From the NCBI RefSeq assembly GCF_000010065.1, contig NC_006576.1, positions 390,001 through 422,000 on the forward strand: a DNA stretch of 32,000 bases, written 5' to 3'. This document shows, piece by piece, positions 9,905-21,670 of this stretch. The stretch is from Synechococcus elongatus PCC 6301 (GTDB lineage: Bacteria > Cyanobacteriota > Cyanobacteriia > Synechococcales > Synechococcaceae). A program made the translations under genes and the position numbers. The notes under the pieces are model-generated. The model was not told where the DNA came from and made no database searches. It saw nothing but the letters and a program-made list of their open reading frames with translations. Each line of letters opens with the position of its first letter. Within the stretch, counting starts at the first letter, position 1.

Positions 9905-10456
9905 CTAACTAAAAATGGCCGCTTCTAGGGCGGTGATCGCGGTGTCTAGTTGGTCATTGATTACGCAGCGATCAAACTCTTTGGCCGCACCGATTTCCGT
10001 TTGAGCCTGTAAGAGGCGGCGAGCGATCGCGGCTTCATCTTCCGTGGCACGCTCCCGAATCCGTTGCTCCAGCTCCTCAACACTGGGTGGCAGCAACACC
10101 ACCTGCCGAGCTGAGGGGAGCGTTTTCCTGACTTGGCGAGCCCCTTCTAGCTCAATTTCGAGGATGACGGTGCGCCCCAGGTTGACCTGCTCAATCACCG
10201 GCGATCGCGGTGTGCCGTAGAGGTTGCCAGCAAATTCAGCCCACTCTAAAAATTCTTGTTCAGCAATTTTGGTCTGAAATTCCTCGCGACTGAGGAAGTA
10301 GTAATGCTGACCGTCGACTTCGCCCGGACGGGGCGATCGCGTGGTGGCGGAGATGGAAAGAAAGGCCTCGGGATGCTGAGACAAGATCGCTTTCAAGAGC
10401 GTGCCTTTGCCCACACCACTAGGTCCCGTTAACACCACCACACGACCAATACTCAT
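9905..10456 (-). CDS. gmk: Guanylate kinase
   Basis: [18 protein letters not shown] (P-loop), [27 protein letters not shown] and [14 protein letters not shown]. Confidence 0.95.
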   Translation of the reverse strand: MSIGRVVVLTGPSGVGKGTLLKAILSQHPEAFLSISATTRSPRPGEVDGQHYYFLSREEFQTKIAEQEFLEWAEFAGNLYGTPRSPVIEQVNLGRTVILEIELEGARQVRKTLPSARQVVLLPPSVEELEQRIRERATEDEAAIARRLLQAQTEIGAAKEFDRCVINDQLDTAITALEAAIFS

Positions 10457-10624
10457 CGTCTTTGTTTCCTGCGTTGGGGTTCATCGTCGCCTAGAAGCGA
10501 TCGCGCTGGCAATGAGTCCTGCGTGAGGGCAGCACTCAGCCTCGACCCCAGCGAAGGTGCGTACAATCAGTGCTCAGGGCCATTGACTCTGGCCTATTTC
10601 ACGCTTGACAGGACGCAAACCGCT

Positions 10625-12085
10625 ATGACATTTCAGGCGATCGCCACGCACCCCCAAGACTGGACCGGCGATACCCTAGCCCTCGGGCTGACCACCGCTG
10701 CGATCGGTGAGACCCTCTCTTCCGAGCTACAGAAGCTCGATCAGCAGTGGAATGGCGTTTTGCAGGAGTTGATCAGCGATAGCGAGTTCAAAGCCAAGCT
10801 GGCTGAAACGACCACAACTCGGATTGGCGGCAGCATCCGCAAACTGATTCTGGTGGGTCTGGGCGAATCACCAACGACGGAGGACTATCGTCGGGCGGCA
10901 GCGGCTGTCGCGAAACAGGCTCGCAGCTTCAAGAGCCAAACCTTGGCGATCGCTTTTCCGCCCAGCGACGATCCTGCAGCAATCGCCAGCGCGATCGTGG
11001 AAGGGATTTCCCTAGCGCTCTACAAAGATCAACGCTTCAAATCAGAGCCAGATACAGCAAGCGGCCCCAGCAGCATCGAACTCTTGGGACTGGCAGGGCA
11101 AGAAGCCGCGATCGCTCGGGCAGAGCAGGTGGTTGCAGGCGTTGAGCTAGCGCGGCAATTAGTAGCGGCTCCTGCCAACGTCGTCACGCCTGTGACCATG
11201 GCCGACACTGCTCAGGAATTGGCAGCTGAACTGGGTCTAGAGCTGGAAATTCTCGAGGCTGATGAGTGTGAAAAGCGGGGCATGGGTGCTGTCCTCGGAG
11301 TTGCCAAAGCCTCAGATTTACCGCCGAAGTTCATCCACCTCACCTATCGTCCAGAAAGCACCCCACGCCGGAAACTGGCGATCGTCGGCAAAGGCCTGAC
11401 TTTTGACTCCGGCGGCTACAACATCAAAGGAGCTGGCAGCGGCATCGAAATGATGAAAACCGATATGGGGGGTGCTGCCGCTACCCTCGGTGCTGCTAAG
11501 GCGATCGGTTTGATCAAGCCCGATGTTGAGGTGCACTTCATCTCCCCCGTCACTGAGAACATGATCAGCGGTCGGGGCATGCACCCGGGCGATATTCTGA
11601 CCGCCTCGAATGGCAAGACGATCGAGGTCAACAATACGGACGCGGAAGGTCGTTTGACCTTGGCAGATGCCTTGGTCTTTGCCGATGGTTTGGGAGTGGA
11701 TGCGATCGTCGACCTCGCTACCCTAACGGGTGCTTGCATCATCGCCTTGGGAGATGACATCGCGGGCCTTTGGAGCCCCAGTGATGACCTCGCTGAACAA
11801 CTGCTGCAGGCCGGCAAAGCGGCGGGTGAAAAACTCTGGCGCCTGCCCCTTGAAGAGCCCTACCTCGATGGACTCAAATCACCGGTTGCCGACTACAAAA
11901 ATACGGGGCCGCGGGCGGGGGGCTCGATCACAGCAGCGCTATTCCTCAAACAGTTTGTCAAGCATCCGGTCTGGGCTCACCTCGATGTGGCTGGCCCTGT
12001 CTGGAGCGACAAGGAGAAACACTACAACCCCGCTGGGGCGACGGGTTACGGGGTGCGGACGCTAGTGAACTGGGTGCTGTCCTAG
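10625..12085 (+). CDS. pepA: Cytosol (leucyl) aminopeptidase
   Basis: M17 signatures [29 protein letters not shown] and [17 protein letters not shown] 10625 gives [13 protein letters not shown]. Confidence 0.95.
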   Translation: MTFQAIATHPQDWTGDTLALGLTTAAIGETLSSELQKLDQQWNGVLQELISDSEFKAKLAETTTTRIGGSIRKLILVGLGESPTTEDYRRAAAAVAKQARSFKSQTLAIAFPPSDDPAAIASAIVEGISLALYKDQRFKSEPDTASGPSSIELLGLAGQEAAIARAEQVVAGVELARQLVAAPANVVTPVTMADTAQELAAELGLELEILEADECEKRGMGAVLGVAKASDLPPKFIHLTYRPESTPRRKLAIVGKGLTFDSGGYNIKGAGSGIEMMKTDMGGAAATLGAAKAIGLIKPDVEVHFISPVTENMISGRGMHPGDILTASNGKTIEVNNTDAEGRLTLADALVFADGLGVDAIVDLATLTGACIIALGDDIAGLWSPSDDLAEQLLQAGKAAGEKLWRLPLEEPYLDGLKSPVADYKNTGPRAGGSITAALFLKQFVKHPVWAHLDVAGPVWSDKEKHYNPAGATGYGVRTLVNWVLS

Positions 12086-12175
12086 GTCACTTCCAGGGGG
12101 CGATCGCCCCTCACTGGCCCGTCGATCGCCCACTGATGATCAAGCTAGACTCTACTGCTGTCTGGAGCGATCGCG

Positions 12176-12760
12176 ATGAATTTTGCTGCCTTGATTTTGG
12201 CTGGAGGATCCAGCCGTCGGATGGGGCAGGATAAGGCGTTGTTACGGCTCAACGGTGAGCCACTCCTCATCCGTACGAGTCGGATCGCAGCAGCGGTCTG
12301 CGACTCGGTCTGGATTTGCAGCCCTGAGCCCGATCGCTATCAGTCACTACTCTCTCAGCCGGTGCAGTGGTTGACGGAACCCCAGCCGACTGGACCGCAG
12401 GGGCCACTCACGGCCTTGGCTTGGGCCCTGCCGCAGATCGATGCGGATTGGATCTTGCTCTTAGCGTGCGATCTACCGCGACTAGCGATCGCCCCACTAC
12501 AGGCTTGGCGACAGCAGGTTGAACTATTGCCTGAGGATTGTCGGGCTGCAATCGCCCGCACGGAACAGGGCTGGGAACCACTGATCGGCTTCTATCGACC
12601 TGCGATCGCGCCAACGATTGCACCTTGGTTGTCGCAGGGGCGTCGGGACTTTCAGGGCTGGCTAGCAACGGTTGCGGTGCAGGAGCTGCCGCTGAGCGAT
12701 CGCGATTGGTTGGTGAACTGCAACACCCCGACTGATTGGCAAGCGCTGCAGTTGTCCTAG
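12176..12760 (+). CDS. mobA: Molybdenum cofactor guanylyltransferase
   Basis: AALILAGGSSRRMGQDKALLRLNGEPLL, LLLACDLPRL and VNCNTPTDW. Confidence 0.9.
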   Translation: MNFAALILAGGSSRRMGQDKALLRLNGEPLLIRTSRIAAAVCDSVWICSPEPDRYQSLLSQPVQWLTEPQPTGPQGPLTALAWALPQIDADWILLLACDLPRLAIAPLQAWRQQVELLPEDCRAAIARTEQGWEPLIGFYRPAIAPTIAPWLSQGRRDFQGWLATVAVQELPLSDRDWLVNCNTPTDWQALQLS

Positions 12761-12763
12761 GGC

Positions 12764-13156
12764 TCAGTCTTGAACGTAGTCTTGACCGCTGAGCAGACAG
12801 GCTTCTGCTCGCTGGAACTCACGCCCTAAATAGAGTGCGTGGTCGAGATAACTGAGCGGACAGGGCTGAGTGTCTTCGGTAATCAACTTGCCGAGTTCCT
12901 TAGCGGTGCGGCCGCGAAATGTTGCCGTGGGTACCCGCTTGAGATTGCCTTTACAAGCCAGCACTTCCCCGGTTTCTGGATCGGTGGCGAGGCCTTTGTC
13001 GTTGATCGCATTGCTGTAGTGATCAGCGCAGATCAATCCAGCTTCGCGATCGAGATAAATCACGAAATAACCTTCTGGATCCAGCTTGATGAAGCGATTG
13101 GAAAGTTGATGATCTAGTGCTTTTAGGGCCTGGCGATCGGGGTGGGAGAGGAGCAT
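12764..13156 (-). CDS. DUF4346-type conserved cyanobacterial protein
   Basis: 130 aa ORF with IKLDPEGYFVIYLDREAGLICADHYSN and GLATDPETGEVLACKG...RTAKELGKLI. Confidence 0.7.
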   Translation of the reverse strand: MLLSHPDRQALKALDHQLSNRFIKLDPEGYFVIYLDREAGLICADHYSNAINDKGLATDPETGEVLACKGNLKRVPTATFRGRTAKELGKLITEDTQPCPLSYLDHALYLGREFQRAEACLLSGQDYVQD

Positions 13157-13273
13157 GGAACGAAACCGTTTTTAGCAATTTTAGCGAGAACGGTCGTTTG
13201 TCTTAAAGTTCGCTGAAAGAGAGTCACGATCGCTTGATGATCCCAGCCCTCTGCAAGGCGATTGCTCCCAACG

Positions 13274-14449
13274 CTAATTCAGCGGAACTTCAGGACGGCT
13301 AAAGGGAAGTTCCGCATTAATGGCTTCAATTTCTTGGCTTTCCAGTTCATTGACCTGCCGTAGCCAAGTGCCCAGAATTTGGCCAAAGCGGGGTTGATAC
13401 CAGCGGTGTAAGCTCCAGTTCGGTGTTGCCGGAAAGCCACGCCGTTTTTTATGACTCCCGCCTGCCCCCGGATCAAAGCTTTGGATCCCGTTGGCGATCG
13501 CCCATTCAATCGGTTTGTAATAACAAACGTTGAAGTGAAGGTTGTCAATTTCGTGATCGCAGCCCCAGTAACGACCGTAGAGGCGATCACCTTTGTGCAC
13601 ACAGAAGGACATGGCGATCGGGCGATCGCTACCTTCAGGAGTTGCCGCCACAAACAGCGGGCGATGCCGTGAATGGTGCATGGCGCGATCGAAGAAATCT
13701 CGCGTCAGATACTTGCTACCCCACCAGCCGAACTTATCGCAGTGGTCGCTGTAGAAGCGATACATCAGCGGAAAGTAATCGCGGGGAATTTGGTCGCCAC
13801 TCAGACAGGTGAGGGTCAGTCCGGCCCGTTCCATCGACTTGACCTCGCGTTTAATGTTGCGCCGTTGATTGGCGTTGAACATGCCGAGATAATCATCAAA
13901 CGTCCGAAAGCCGCGGTTCTGCCAGACCGAATTGTGATGCTGCCAAGCGCTGTAGCCTGCGGCCTCCACCAGTGGCTGCCAGTCGGGATCGACGTAGAGA
14001 AAATTGCAGCTGAGGATCTGGTTGTTGTCGCAAAAGCGATCGATCTCCCGCAGCATCAGTCCCGTCAGGGTCGCTTCATCTTCCGCTGGTGCAATCAGAA
14101 AGCGATAACCGACTGCGGGTGTCAGCGGCGTCATGCCCAGCAGTTTGGGGTAATAGCGCAGTCCTAACCGACCGGCGAGATCCGCCCATTGCTGATCAAA
14201 GACAAATTCACCGTAGCTATGGCCTTTGAGGTAAAGCGGTGCAGCAGCCACTAAGCGATCGCCGCGCCAAACGACCAGATGACAGGGCTGCCAACCGGCT
14301 TTGGCGATGACACTGCCTGAGGCTTCTAAATCGTGCAACCAGTCCCATTCCAAAAACGGTGTGGCCAAGGGCTGGGCGATCGCATTCCAATCCTCACGGG
14401 GTAGATCCCCGAGACGATCGCACCATTGGAATTTGAGCGGCTCAGTCAC
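13274..14449 (-). CDS. GNAT/FemAB-like acyltransferase (peptidogalycan biosynthesis-like, DUF482 type)
   Basis: 391 aa ORF with NPFLEWDWLHDLEASG-like N-term (TPFLEWDWLHDLEASGS) and GGSHKKRRGFPATPNWSLHRW. Confidence 0.8.
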   Translation of the reverse strand: MTEPLKFQWCDRLGDLPREDWNAIAQPLATPFLEWDWLHDLEASGSVIAKAGWQPCHLVVWRGDRLVAAAPLYLKGHSYGEFVFDQQWADLAGRLGLRYYPKLLGMTPLTPAVGYRFLIAPAEDEATLTGLMLREIDRFCDNNQILSCNFLYVDPDWQPLVEAAGYSAWQHHNSVWQNRGFRTFDDYLGMFNANQRRNIKREVKSMERAGLTLTCLSGDQIPRDYFPLMYRFYSDHCDKFGWWGSKYLTRDFFDRAMHHSRHRPLFVAATPEGSDRPIAMSFCVHKGDRLYGRYWGCDHEIDNLHFNVCYYKPIEWAIANGIQSFDPGAGGSHKKRRGFPATPNWSLHRWYQPRFGQILGTWLRQVNELESQEIEAINAELPFSRPEVPLN

Positions 14450-14455
14450 GATGGG

Positions 14456-15154
14456 CTAGGAGGCTGACGTTAACGCCTTTGAGCCTATCGCGTCTGACTC
14501 AGTACAGCGGTAATGCAAGAACAGCTCATCGGCCACTGGCTCAGCACTGAGGAGCTGCCAGCGTGGGGCATCAGCTGCAGAGAAATGAAGTCCGGCAACA
14601 AGTGGTGAGGCTGGGCAATCGCCCAAGAGTAACGGGCAGAGGGTCAGATACAGCTCGTCGATTCGGTCTGCCGCCAGCAGACTACCGAGCAATTGACCGC
14701 CACCGAGCACTGCAATTTGTTGCCAGCTCAGATCGAATTGTGCAAAAGCCTGCTCCCAGTCCAGTTGCGTCTGACCGGCGATCAGAACCGCTTCGAAGCC
14801 AGACTCTTGTCGCCAGCGATCGCGGCCCTGTTCTGTGGTCAATAACCAGCGCGGCACCGGCTGCTGAAAAAAGCGGCAGGCTGGCTCGATCTGCCCCGAA
14901 GCCGAGCAAATGATCTGCACAGGTTGCGGTGATTGACCGCGATCGCGACGTTGTTGTTGCAACTGCGGATTCGTGACCGAGCGGCAAGTGCCATAGGCTC
15001 TCAGCGTGGCCGCGCCCATCAGTACAGCATCCGATTGCGCCACGATCGTTTCTAAGCGCCGTTGATCTTGTGCTGAACCAAAGCGGGCTGGAACAGCCGC
15101 CGCTTCCGCAATCCGGCCATCCAAACTGGTGGCGAGTACCGCAACAACCCGCAT
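14456..15154 (-). CDS. RibD C-terminal domain / dihydrofolate-reductase-like reductase
   Basis: MRVVAVLATSLDGRIAEA...VLMGAATLRAYG and VLGGGQLLGSLLAADRIDELYLTLCPLLLG. Confidence 0.8.
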   Translation of the reverse strand: MRVVAVLATSLDGRIAEAAAVPARFGSAQDQRRLETIVAQSDAVLMGAATLRAYGTCRSVTNPQLQQQRRDRGQSPQPVQIICSASGQIEPACRFFQQPVPRWLLTTEQGRDRWRQESGFEAVLIAGQTQLDWEQAFAQFDLSWQQIAVLGGGQLLGSLLAADRIDELYLTLCPLLLGDCPASPLVAGLHFSAADAPRWQLLSAEPVADELFLHYRCTESDAIGSKALTSAS

Positions 15155-15157
15155 AAC

Positions 15158-15436
15158 CTACTCACGATCGCGAGGCGCCAGTTGATTGCCCGCCGAAGGA
15201 TAGTGACGATTGGGCAGCAAGCCCCAAGCTGCTGCATCTGCCGCCCAATTGCGCAGGGGGCGTGACTGACAAAAGATCTGAGCAAAGCGGTGGTTGTAGT
15301 GCTGCTTCCAAGCCGTCGGCCAGTCGGCAGTCTGATCCTGTTGTTGCAGCGATCGCACTGCCGCTTCCAACTCCGCCGCTTTCGCCAAAAATACCGCTTC
15401 TAAGTCTTGGAAATGCTCCGCCGGCGATCGCATCAA
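15158..15436 (-). CDS. Small hypothetical protein
   Basis: 92 aa ORF, closely spaced (about 3 nt) downstream-reading into the 14456-15154 gene on the same strand. No recognised domain. Confidence 0.45.
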   Translation of the reverse strand: MMRSPAEHFQDLEAVFLAKAAELEAAVRSLQQQDQTADWPTAWKQHYNHRFAQIFCQSRPLRNWAADAAAWGLLPNRHYPSAGNQLAPRDRE

Positions 15437-15544
15437 ATCCTCACTTCAACCCATCTTTTGAATTTGCTCAACCCGCGCGATCGCTCCGACAAGTCAACTA
15501 ATTGTGATGTGTGACTCCTACCAATCAAATCCCACCGACCATCC

Positions 15545-15617
15545 TGTTGCGGGGGGGCTGGGGGAGTCGAGGCCCCCAGTGCGTGGGTGTGGGGGTGCGC
15601 AATCACCCCCACGGACA
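15545..15617. repeat. Copy 2 of the double-hairpin interspersed element
   Basis: TGTTGCGGGGGGGCTGGGGGAGTCGAGGCCCCCAGTGCGTGGGTGTGGGGGTGCGCAATCACCCCCACGGACA. Perfect stems CTGGGGG/CCCCCAG and GTGGGGGTG/CACCCCCAC. Confidence 0.78.
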
Positions 15618-15664
15618 ATGGCTTTAGTCGTCAGCCCAGCCAAACCACCCGGATTCAGCCATGC

Positions 15665-16567
15665 TTAGAGCAAAACGGGTACTGCAGCAGCAGCGTTAGT
15701 CAAACCACTGGGTTGTAGACAGTAAACTTCTGCTGAATTGTTGGGACTCTCGATCAGCTTGACCTTATAGAGGCGAGCGCCCAGTTCGCGGATCGGCTCT
15801 GCCAGCAAGTCACGGATGTGAACAGCGATATTCTCAGCCGTCGGCACCACTTCTGCGAAGTAAGGAATGTCCTTGTTGAGGAAGCTGTGATCGAACGGTT
15901 CGACCACTTTGTCTTGCACCACCTGTTGCAGCGCCGCGAGGTCAGCCAGCATGCCGGTGCGGGGATCAATCTCACCTGCCACCGTTACTTCGAGGTGATA
16001 GTTATGGCCGTGACCATGGGGACGGGCACATTTGCCGTAGATTTCGCAGTTTTCTTCAAAGCTGAGGCTCTCTTTCGCCAAACGGTGAGCAGCACTGAAG
16101 TGAGTCTGAATCGTTAGGTAGGCTTCCATGGCTTGTCCTAGATAGTCGGCCCAAAGGCTGGGGCTTTCAAACAGTTGAATCCGCACGATCGGCAGATGTG
16201 GCGCAAGCCGCTGCCAGATAACCCGCGCCAGATTTTCGGTGGTGGGCAAACCCTGCTGAAACTCTGGCCAGACGTCATTGAGGTAGGCGTAGTCAAGCTG
16301 ACTCGTCACCTCGGATTTGATCACCCGCTTGACGTCCGAGAGGTTGAGCACCATGCCGTACTCATCCAGCTCGCCCAACATCGAAACGTAGAGCACATAG
16401 TTGTGGCCGTGGCCGGGAAAGCGGGCGCAGGCGCCAAACAGTTTTTGGTTCTCGGCGTCACTCAGTTCTGGCAACCAGTAACGGTGACTGGCGGAAAACA
16501 GTGCCCGACGGTTGATGATGCACTCCATAGCGTGGCGATCGCGATCCCGTGATTGGCTGTCTCTCAT
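15665..16567 (-). CDS. Tandem-domain 6-pyruvoyl-tetrahydropterin synthase / 6-carboxytetrahydropterin synthase (QueD) family protein
   Basis: Two consecutive PTPS domains: FSASHRYW...CARFPGHGHNY...FES and FSAAHRL...CARPHGHGHNY...FDHSFLN...IES. Confidence 0.88.
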   Translation of the reverse strand: MRDSQSRDRDRHAMECIINRRALFSASHRYWLPELSDAENQKLFGACARFPGHGHNYVLYVSMLGELDEYGMVLNLSDVKRVIKSEVTSQLDYAYLNDVWPEFQQGLPTTENLARVIWQRLAPHLPIVRIQLFESPSLWADYLGQAMEAYLTIQTHFSAAHRLAKESLSFEENCEIYGKCARPHGHGHNYHLEVTVAGEIDPRTGMLADLAALQQVVQDKVVEPFDHSFLNKDIPYFAEVVPTAENIAVHIRDLLAEPIRELGARLYKVKLIESPNNSAEVYCLQPSGLTNAAAAVPVLL

Positions 16568-16591
16568 AGGATAGTGGGTTTGCTCAAACGC

Positions 16592-17338
16592 CTAGGGTTG
16601 AGCCGGTAGGCTCTCCGTCGCAGGGCGGGGATTGAGCTGCAGAGGTTGGGGCGTTGCAGCAGCCATCAAAGCGCGATCGCTCCGGCGGTCTAGAAGGCCC
16701 AAGGCTAGCTCCCGCACACTGTCTTCCGTTTCTTGGCGCAGTAGCAGCAGCAGGGCATCCTGCAAGAGTCGTTGTTCTCCAGGTTCCAATAACTGCTGGT
16801 TTTGCAGGCGTTGCAGCGATCGCACGGCCAAAAGGCGTTGCAGAGGATCCGCTGCGGTCAAAGTCGCCAGCGCTTGATCAAAAATCCCTTCGCGATCGCG
16901 CTGCTGTTGCTGACTGACAAAGCTGACTAGGAGGGCTGCTAAAGCAAGCAACCCCATGGTTTCCGCAAAGTTGCTAAAGGCCAGCCAAGGTCGTCCTTCC
17001 TCGGTCCAGATACTGCTGCTGGTGTAGAGGGCCAAGCTGACGAGGCCGCCGCCACCGGCTGCTAAAAGCCAACGGCGATCGCGACCGCGCAACCAACGCT
17101 GCACTTGCTGCTGACGGCGCGACCAATCCAAGCGCTGCAGACGATAGAGCCATAGGGTCGCCCCAGCACCGAGGGTTAACGATAACGACAGTTGCCAGTC
17201 CCAGAGGAAGAGCAACAGTAGGCCACCACCGTAGAGTGCTGTTTTCGGAACCGGAAACCGGCGATCGCCCCACGATAAAGGCAGCCGACGAACAGAATGC
17301 GGAAGAGGTCGGGAGCGAACAGGCACAGCAGTCACCAA
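16592..17338 (-). CDS. Integral membrane protein with armadillo-like C-terminal region, unknown function
   Basis: 248 aa ORF with at least three hydrophobic segments, then DPLQRLLAVRSLQRL...VRELALGLLD helical-repeat-like region. Confidence 0.6.
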   Translation of the reverse strand: MVTAVPVRSRPLPHSVRRLPLSWGDRRFPVPKTALYGGGLLLLFLWDWQLSLSLTLGAGATLWLYRLQRLDWSRRQQQVQRWLRGRDRRWLLAAGGGGLVSLALYTSSSIWTEEGRPWLAFSNFAETMGLLALAALLVSFVSQQQQRDREGIFDQALATLTAADPLQRLLAVRSLQRLQNQQLLEPGEQRLLQDALLLLLRQETEDSVRELALGLLDRRSDRALMAAATPQPLQLNPRPATESLPAQP

Positions 17339-17492
17339 GCATCGCCAGCGCTTCAGGCCCTATTCTACCGATGCCCCTACCGCCCGCCGCAAGTTTCCAA
17401 AAGTTGTGCCCGCCCCCACCACCAAAGTGCGATCGCTTAGGTCGCAGTCAGAGGCTGTAGGAACGGGCAATCGACGAGTTCAGGAACGCGAT

Positions 17493-18011
17493 TTAGTAGG
17501 CGTCTTGCAGCTCGTAAAAATCGGGTGAGATATAGTCCTTGCGCAGCGGCCAACCCACCCAATCTTCCGGCATCAGAATCCGCTTGAGGTTGGGGTGTCC
17601 CTCAAATTGGATGCCGTACATATCGAAGGTTTCACGCTCTTGCCAATCGGCACCTTTCCAAATCCAGAAGACCGGCGGTACTTTCGGATCGTGACGCGGC
17701 AAGAAGACCTTGACCCGCACTTCCTGCGGTTGGCTGGCGTCATCGCTGACTTTGGTCAGGTGATAGAAGCTCACCAGATCCTGCCCTGGCCCTAAATCGT
17801 AGCCGCCTTGGCACTGCAGGTAGTTAAACCCGTAGGCAAACAGGGCAGCAGCGATCGGCAGCAACACTTCGCGGTCGACTTGAACGATCTCAACCCCGAG
17901 GTGGTCGCGCTCTAGGGCAGTATTTTCGAAGCCGTTCTCACTCAACCAGCGAGAGACCGGCCCGGCTTCAACCACGGCCGTTTCGGGCGTTGGCGTCAAC
18001 TCTTCAGGCAC
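17493..18011 (-). CDS. ndhJ: NAD(P)H-quinone oxidoreductase subunit J
   Basis: [55 protein letters not shown]. Confidence 0.95.
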   Translation of the reverse strand: MPEELTPTPETAVVEAGPVSRWLSENGFENTALERDHLGVEIVQVDREVLLPIAAALFAYGFNYLQCQGGYDLGPGQDLVSFYHLTKVSDDASQPQEVRVKVFLPRHDPKVPPVFWIWKGADWQERETFDMYGIQFEGHPNLKRILMPEDWVGWPLRKDYISPDFYELQDAY

Positions 18012-18732
18012 GATCGCGACCCTCCTTCTCAGTCACCGGCAGTTGCGGAGCGACGGCAGCACCGGCAGCAGCGGGCAAGGGACCGGCTTGACGAGCCGCA
18101 GAACGCAGATATTCACCCGTCAGCAGCGGAGCCGTGGGCTTCATCTGGTGGGTCGTGCTGTAGTAACGGTTGGTTTGCAGCAGTTTGCCCCGCTCTTGAA
18201 TCGAGTCGTTCGCAACCTTTTTACGCAGCTTTACGATCGCATCAATGATCGCTTCGGGACGGGGCGGGCAACCGGGAATGTAGACATCCACAGGCAGCAG
18301 TTTATCGACACCGCGCACCGTGGTGGTGGAGTCAGCGCTGAACATCCCACCGGTGATCGTGCAGGCGCCCATGGCGATCACATATTTGGGCTCAGGCATT
18401 TGCTCATAGAGCCGCACTAGAGCTGGGGCCATTTTCATGGTCACCGTACCGGCTGTGATCAACAAATCTGCCTGCCGAGGGCTACAACGAGGCACCAAGC
18501 CAAAGCGGTCAAAGTCGAAACGGGAGCCAATCAACGCTGCAAATTCAATAAAGCAGCAGGCCGTGCCGTACATTAGCGGCCAGAGGCTGGACAACCGTGC
18601 CCAGTTATAAAGGTCATCTAAGGTGGTCAGAATGACGTTCTCTGATAGACCTTGGGTGATTTCGGGAGGGGCTGCCGGATTGCGAATCTCGGCGGGGTTC
18701 GTCAGGACCATTCCAATGCTCCTTTGCGCCAT
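18004..18732 (-). CDS. ndhK: NAD(P)H-quinone oxidoreductase subunit K
   Basis: [24 protein letters not shown]...[16 protein letters not shown]...[14 protein letters not shown]. Start ambiguous (ATG 18732 or ATG 18711). Confidence 0.95.
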   Translation of the reverse strand: MAQRSIGMVLTNPAEIRNPAAPPEITQGLSENVILTTLDDLYNWARLSSLWPLMYGTACCFIEFAALIGSRFDFDRFGLVPRCSPRQADLLITAGTVTMKMAPALVRLYEQMPEPKYVIAMGACTITGGMFSADSTTTVRGVDKLLPVDVYIPGCPPRPEAIIDAIVKLRKKVANDSIQERGKLLQTNRYYSTTHQMKPTAPLLTGEYLRSAARQAGPLPAAAGAAVAPQLPVTEKEGRDRA

Positions 18733-19064
18733 GCATAGGCTAGACCAACAACGAGGATCGTGATGAAGATCAACGCCTCGACAAAAGCCAGTAACCCCAG
18801 CCGATTAAAGGCGACGGCCCAGGGATAGAGGAAGACGGTTTCTACATCAAAGATCACGAATACGAGCGCAAACATGTAGTAGCGCACGTTGAATTGGATC
18901 CAAGCTCCCCCGATCGGTTCCATCCCCGATTCGTAGGTCGTCCGCCGCTCCGGTCCTCGACGACCAGGTCGCAGCAAGCGCGAGGCGGTCAGCGAAAGGA
19001 TGGGGACCAGTGAGCTGATGAGCAGAAAGCCAAGTAGATATTCGTAGCCATTGAGGACAAACAC
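18702..19064 (-). CDS. ndhC: NAD(P)H-quinone oxidoreductase subunit 3
   Basis: (M)[22 protein letters not shown]...[43 protein letters not shown] at 19064 fits the usual 120 aa length better than ATG 19103. Confidence 0.93.
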   Translation of the reverse strand: MFVLNGYEYLLGFLLISSLVPILSLTASRLLRPGRRGPERRTTYESGMEPIGGAWIQFNVRYYMFALVFVIFDVETVFLYPWAVAFNRLGLLAFVEALIFITILVVGLAYAWRKGALEWS

Positions 19065-19276
19065 GCCAAACTCCAGGCTGCAGTCGCTATTCCATTTTGC
19101 CATCGCCGCATGAACGGCTCGGCAGAAATGCCTAATCTACTGTAGCGATCGCTGTCCCTTGACTCGCAGTCAGAAGGATTGCGATCGCTTATGTTCTACC
19201 TCGGTTTCAGCGAAGGGGCTTCCGGCGATTGGCTTATGATCGCCTTTAGTTCTGCGCGATCGCTTGCCAAGATCCT

Positions 19277-20775
<1,499 letters not shown>

Positions 20776-20839
20776 GGCATAAATTTGGGCGTGCTCCGAT
20801 AAGATAAGTGTTGTCCGAAATCCCCTGAGGAGCACGTCT

Positions 20840-21091
20840 ATGGCAGGCGGATCTACCGGCGAGCGTCCGTTTACCGACATCATTACCAGCATCCGCTACT
20901 GGGTGATTCACAGCATCACGATTCCAGCGCTATTCATCGCTGGTTGGCTGTTTGTCAGCACTGGCCTTGCCTATGATGCCTTCGGTACGCCGCGCCCGAA
21001 CGAGTATTTCACCCAAGATCGGACGGAAGTACCGATCGTGTCTGATCGCTATAGTGCGAAACAGCAAGTGGACCGTTTCTCGGCTAAGTAG
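20840..21091 (+). CDS. psbE: Cytochrome b559 alpha subunit
   Basis: 83 aa [43 protein letters not shown]. Confidence 0.97.
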   Translation: MAGGSTGERPFTDIITSIRYWVIHSITIPALFIAGWLFVSTGLAYDAFGTPRPNEYFTQDRTEVPIVSDRYSAKQQVDRFSAK

Positions 21092-21112
21092 TTTTTTAGG
21101 TTGGCCTGAATC

Positions 21113-21247
21113 ATGACCAGCAACAACTCCAACCAGCCAATCACCTATCCGATCTTCACGGTGCGTTGGCTGTCTGTGCACGCTCTGGGCGTCCCCAGCG
21201 TGTTCTTCCTGGGCGCAATTGCGGCCATGCAATTCATTCAACGCTAA
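21113..21247 (+). CDS. psbF: Cytochrome b559 beta subunit
   Basis: Manual translation [44 protein letters not shown] (44 aa). Confidence 0.97.
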
Positions 21248-21259
21248 GGATTTGCTCTC

Positions 21260-21385
21260 ATGCCTACGCGCTCGACTAACCCCAATAAGCAGCCGGTTGA
21301 ACTCAACCGGACTTCACTGTTCTTGGGCTTGCTGCTTGTTTTTGTCCTGGGGATTCTTTCTCCAGCTACTTCTTTAACTAGCTAG
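21260..21385 (+). CDS. psbL: Photosystem II protein L, apparent frameshift near the 3' end
   Basis: Manual translation [41 protein letters not shown]. The start is canonical PsbL but the expected ending GILFSSYFFN* is recovered only by inserting one T at about 21356-21360. Confidence 0.85.
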   Translation: MPTRSTNPNKQPVELNRTSLFLGLLLVFVLGILSPATSLTS

Positions 21386-21461
21386 CACTGGCATTGCTTG
21401 CGATCGCCCAAGCCTAGGCTCAATCGATCGCTCTTGTTACTGACTCGAGGAGATTAAAACT

Positions 21462-21581
21462 GTGGCTGGTGGTGGACGTATTCCCCTCTGGATCGTTGCA
21501 ACGGTAGCAGGCACCGGGGCGCTCGTCGTTGTAGGTCTCTTTTTCTACGGCGCTTACGCAGGTCTGGGCTCGTCTCTCTAG
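21462..21581 (+). CDS. psbJ: Photosystem II protein J
   Basis: GTG start after GAGGAG. Translation [39 protein letters not shown] (39 aa). Confidence 0.95.
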   Translation: MAGGGRIPLWIVATVAGTGALVVVGLFFYGAYAGLGSSL

Positions 21582-21597
21582 AATCCTGCAGGAGCAG

Positions 21598-21634
21598 TAA
21601 GAGGTCTGAGTTCGCTCGGGCCTCTTATTTTTTT
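21598..21634 (+). terminator. Intrinsic terminator of the psbEFLJ operon
   Basis: TAAGAGGTCTGAG-TTCG-CTCGGGCCTCTTA folds to a stem of about 13 bp (including G-T wobbles) with a TTCG loop, followed by TTTTTTT. Lies 17 nt after psbJ. Confidence 0.88.
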
Positions 21635-21670
21635 GGGCACTCGAAGACTATGGTGGGGCGATCGCTCGAG

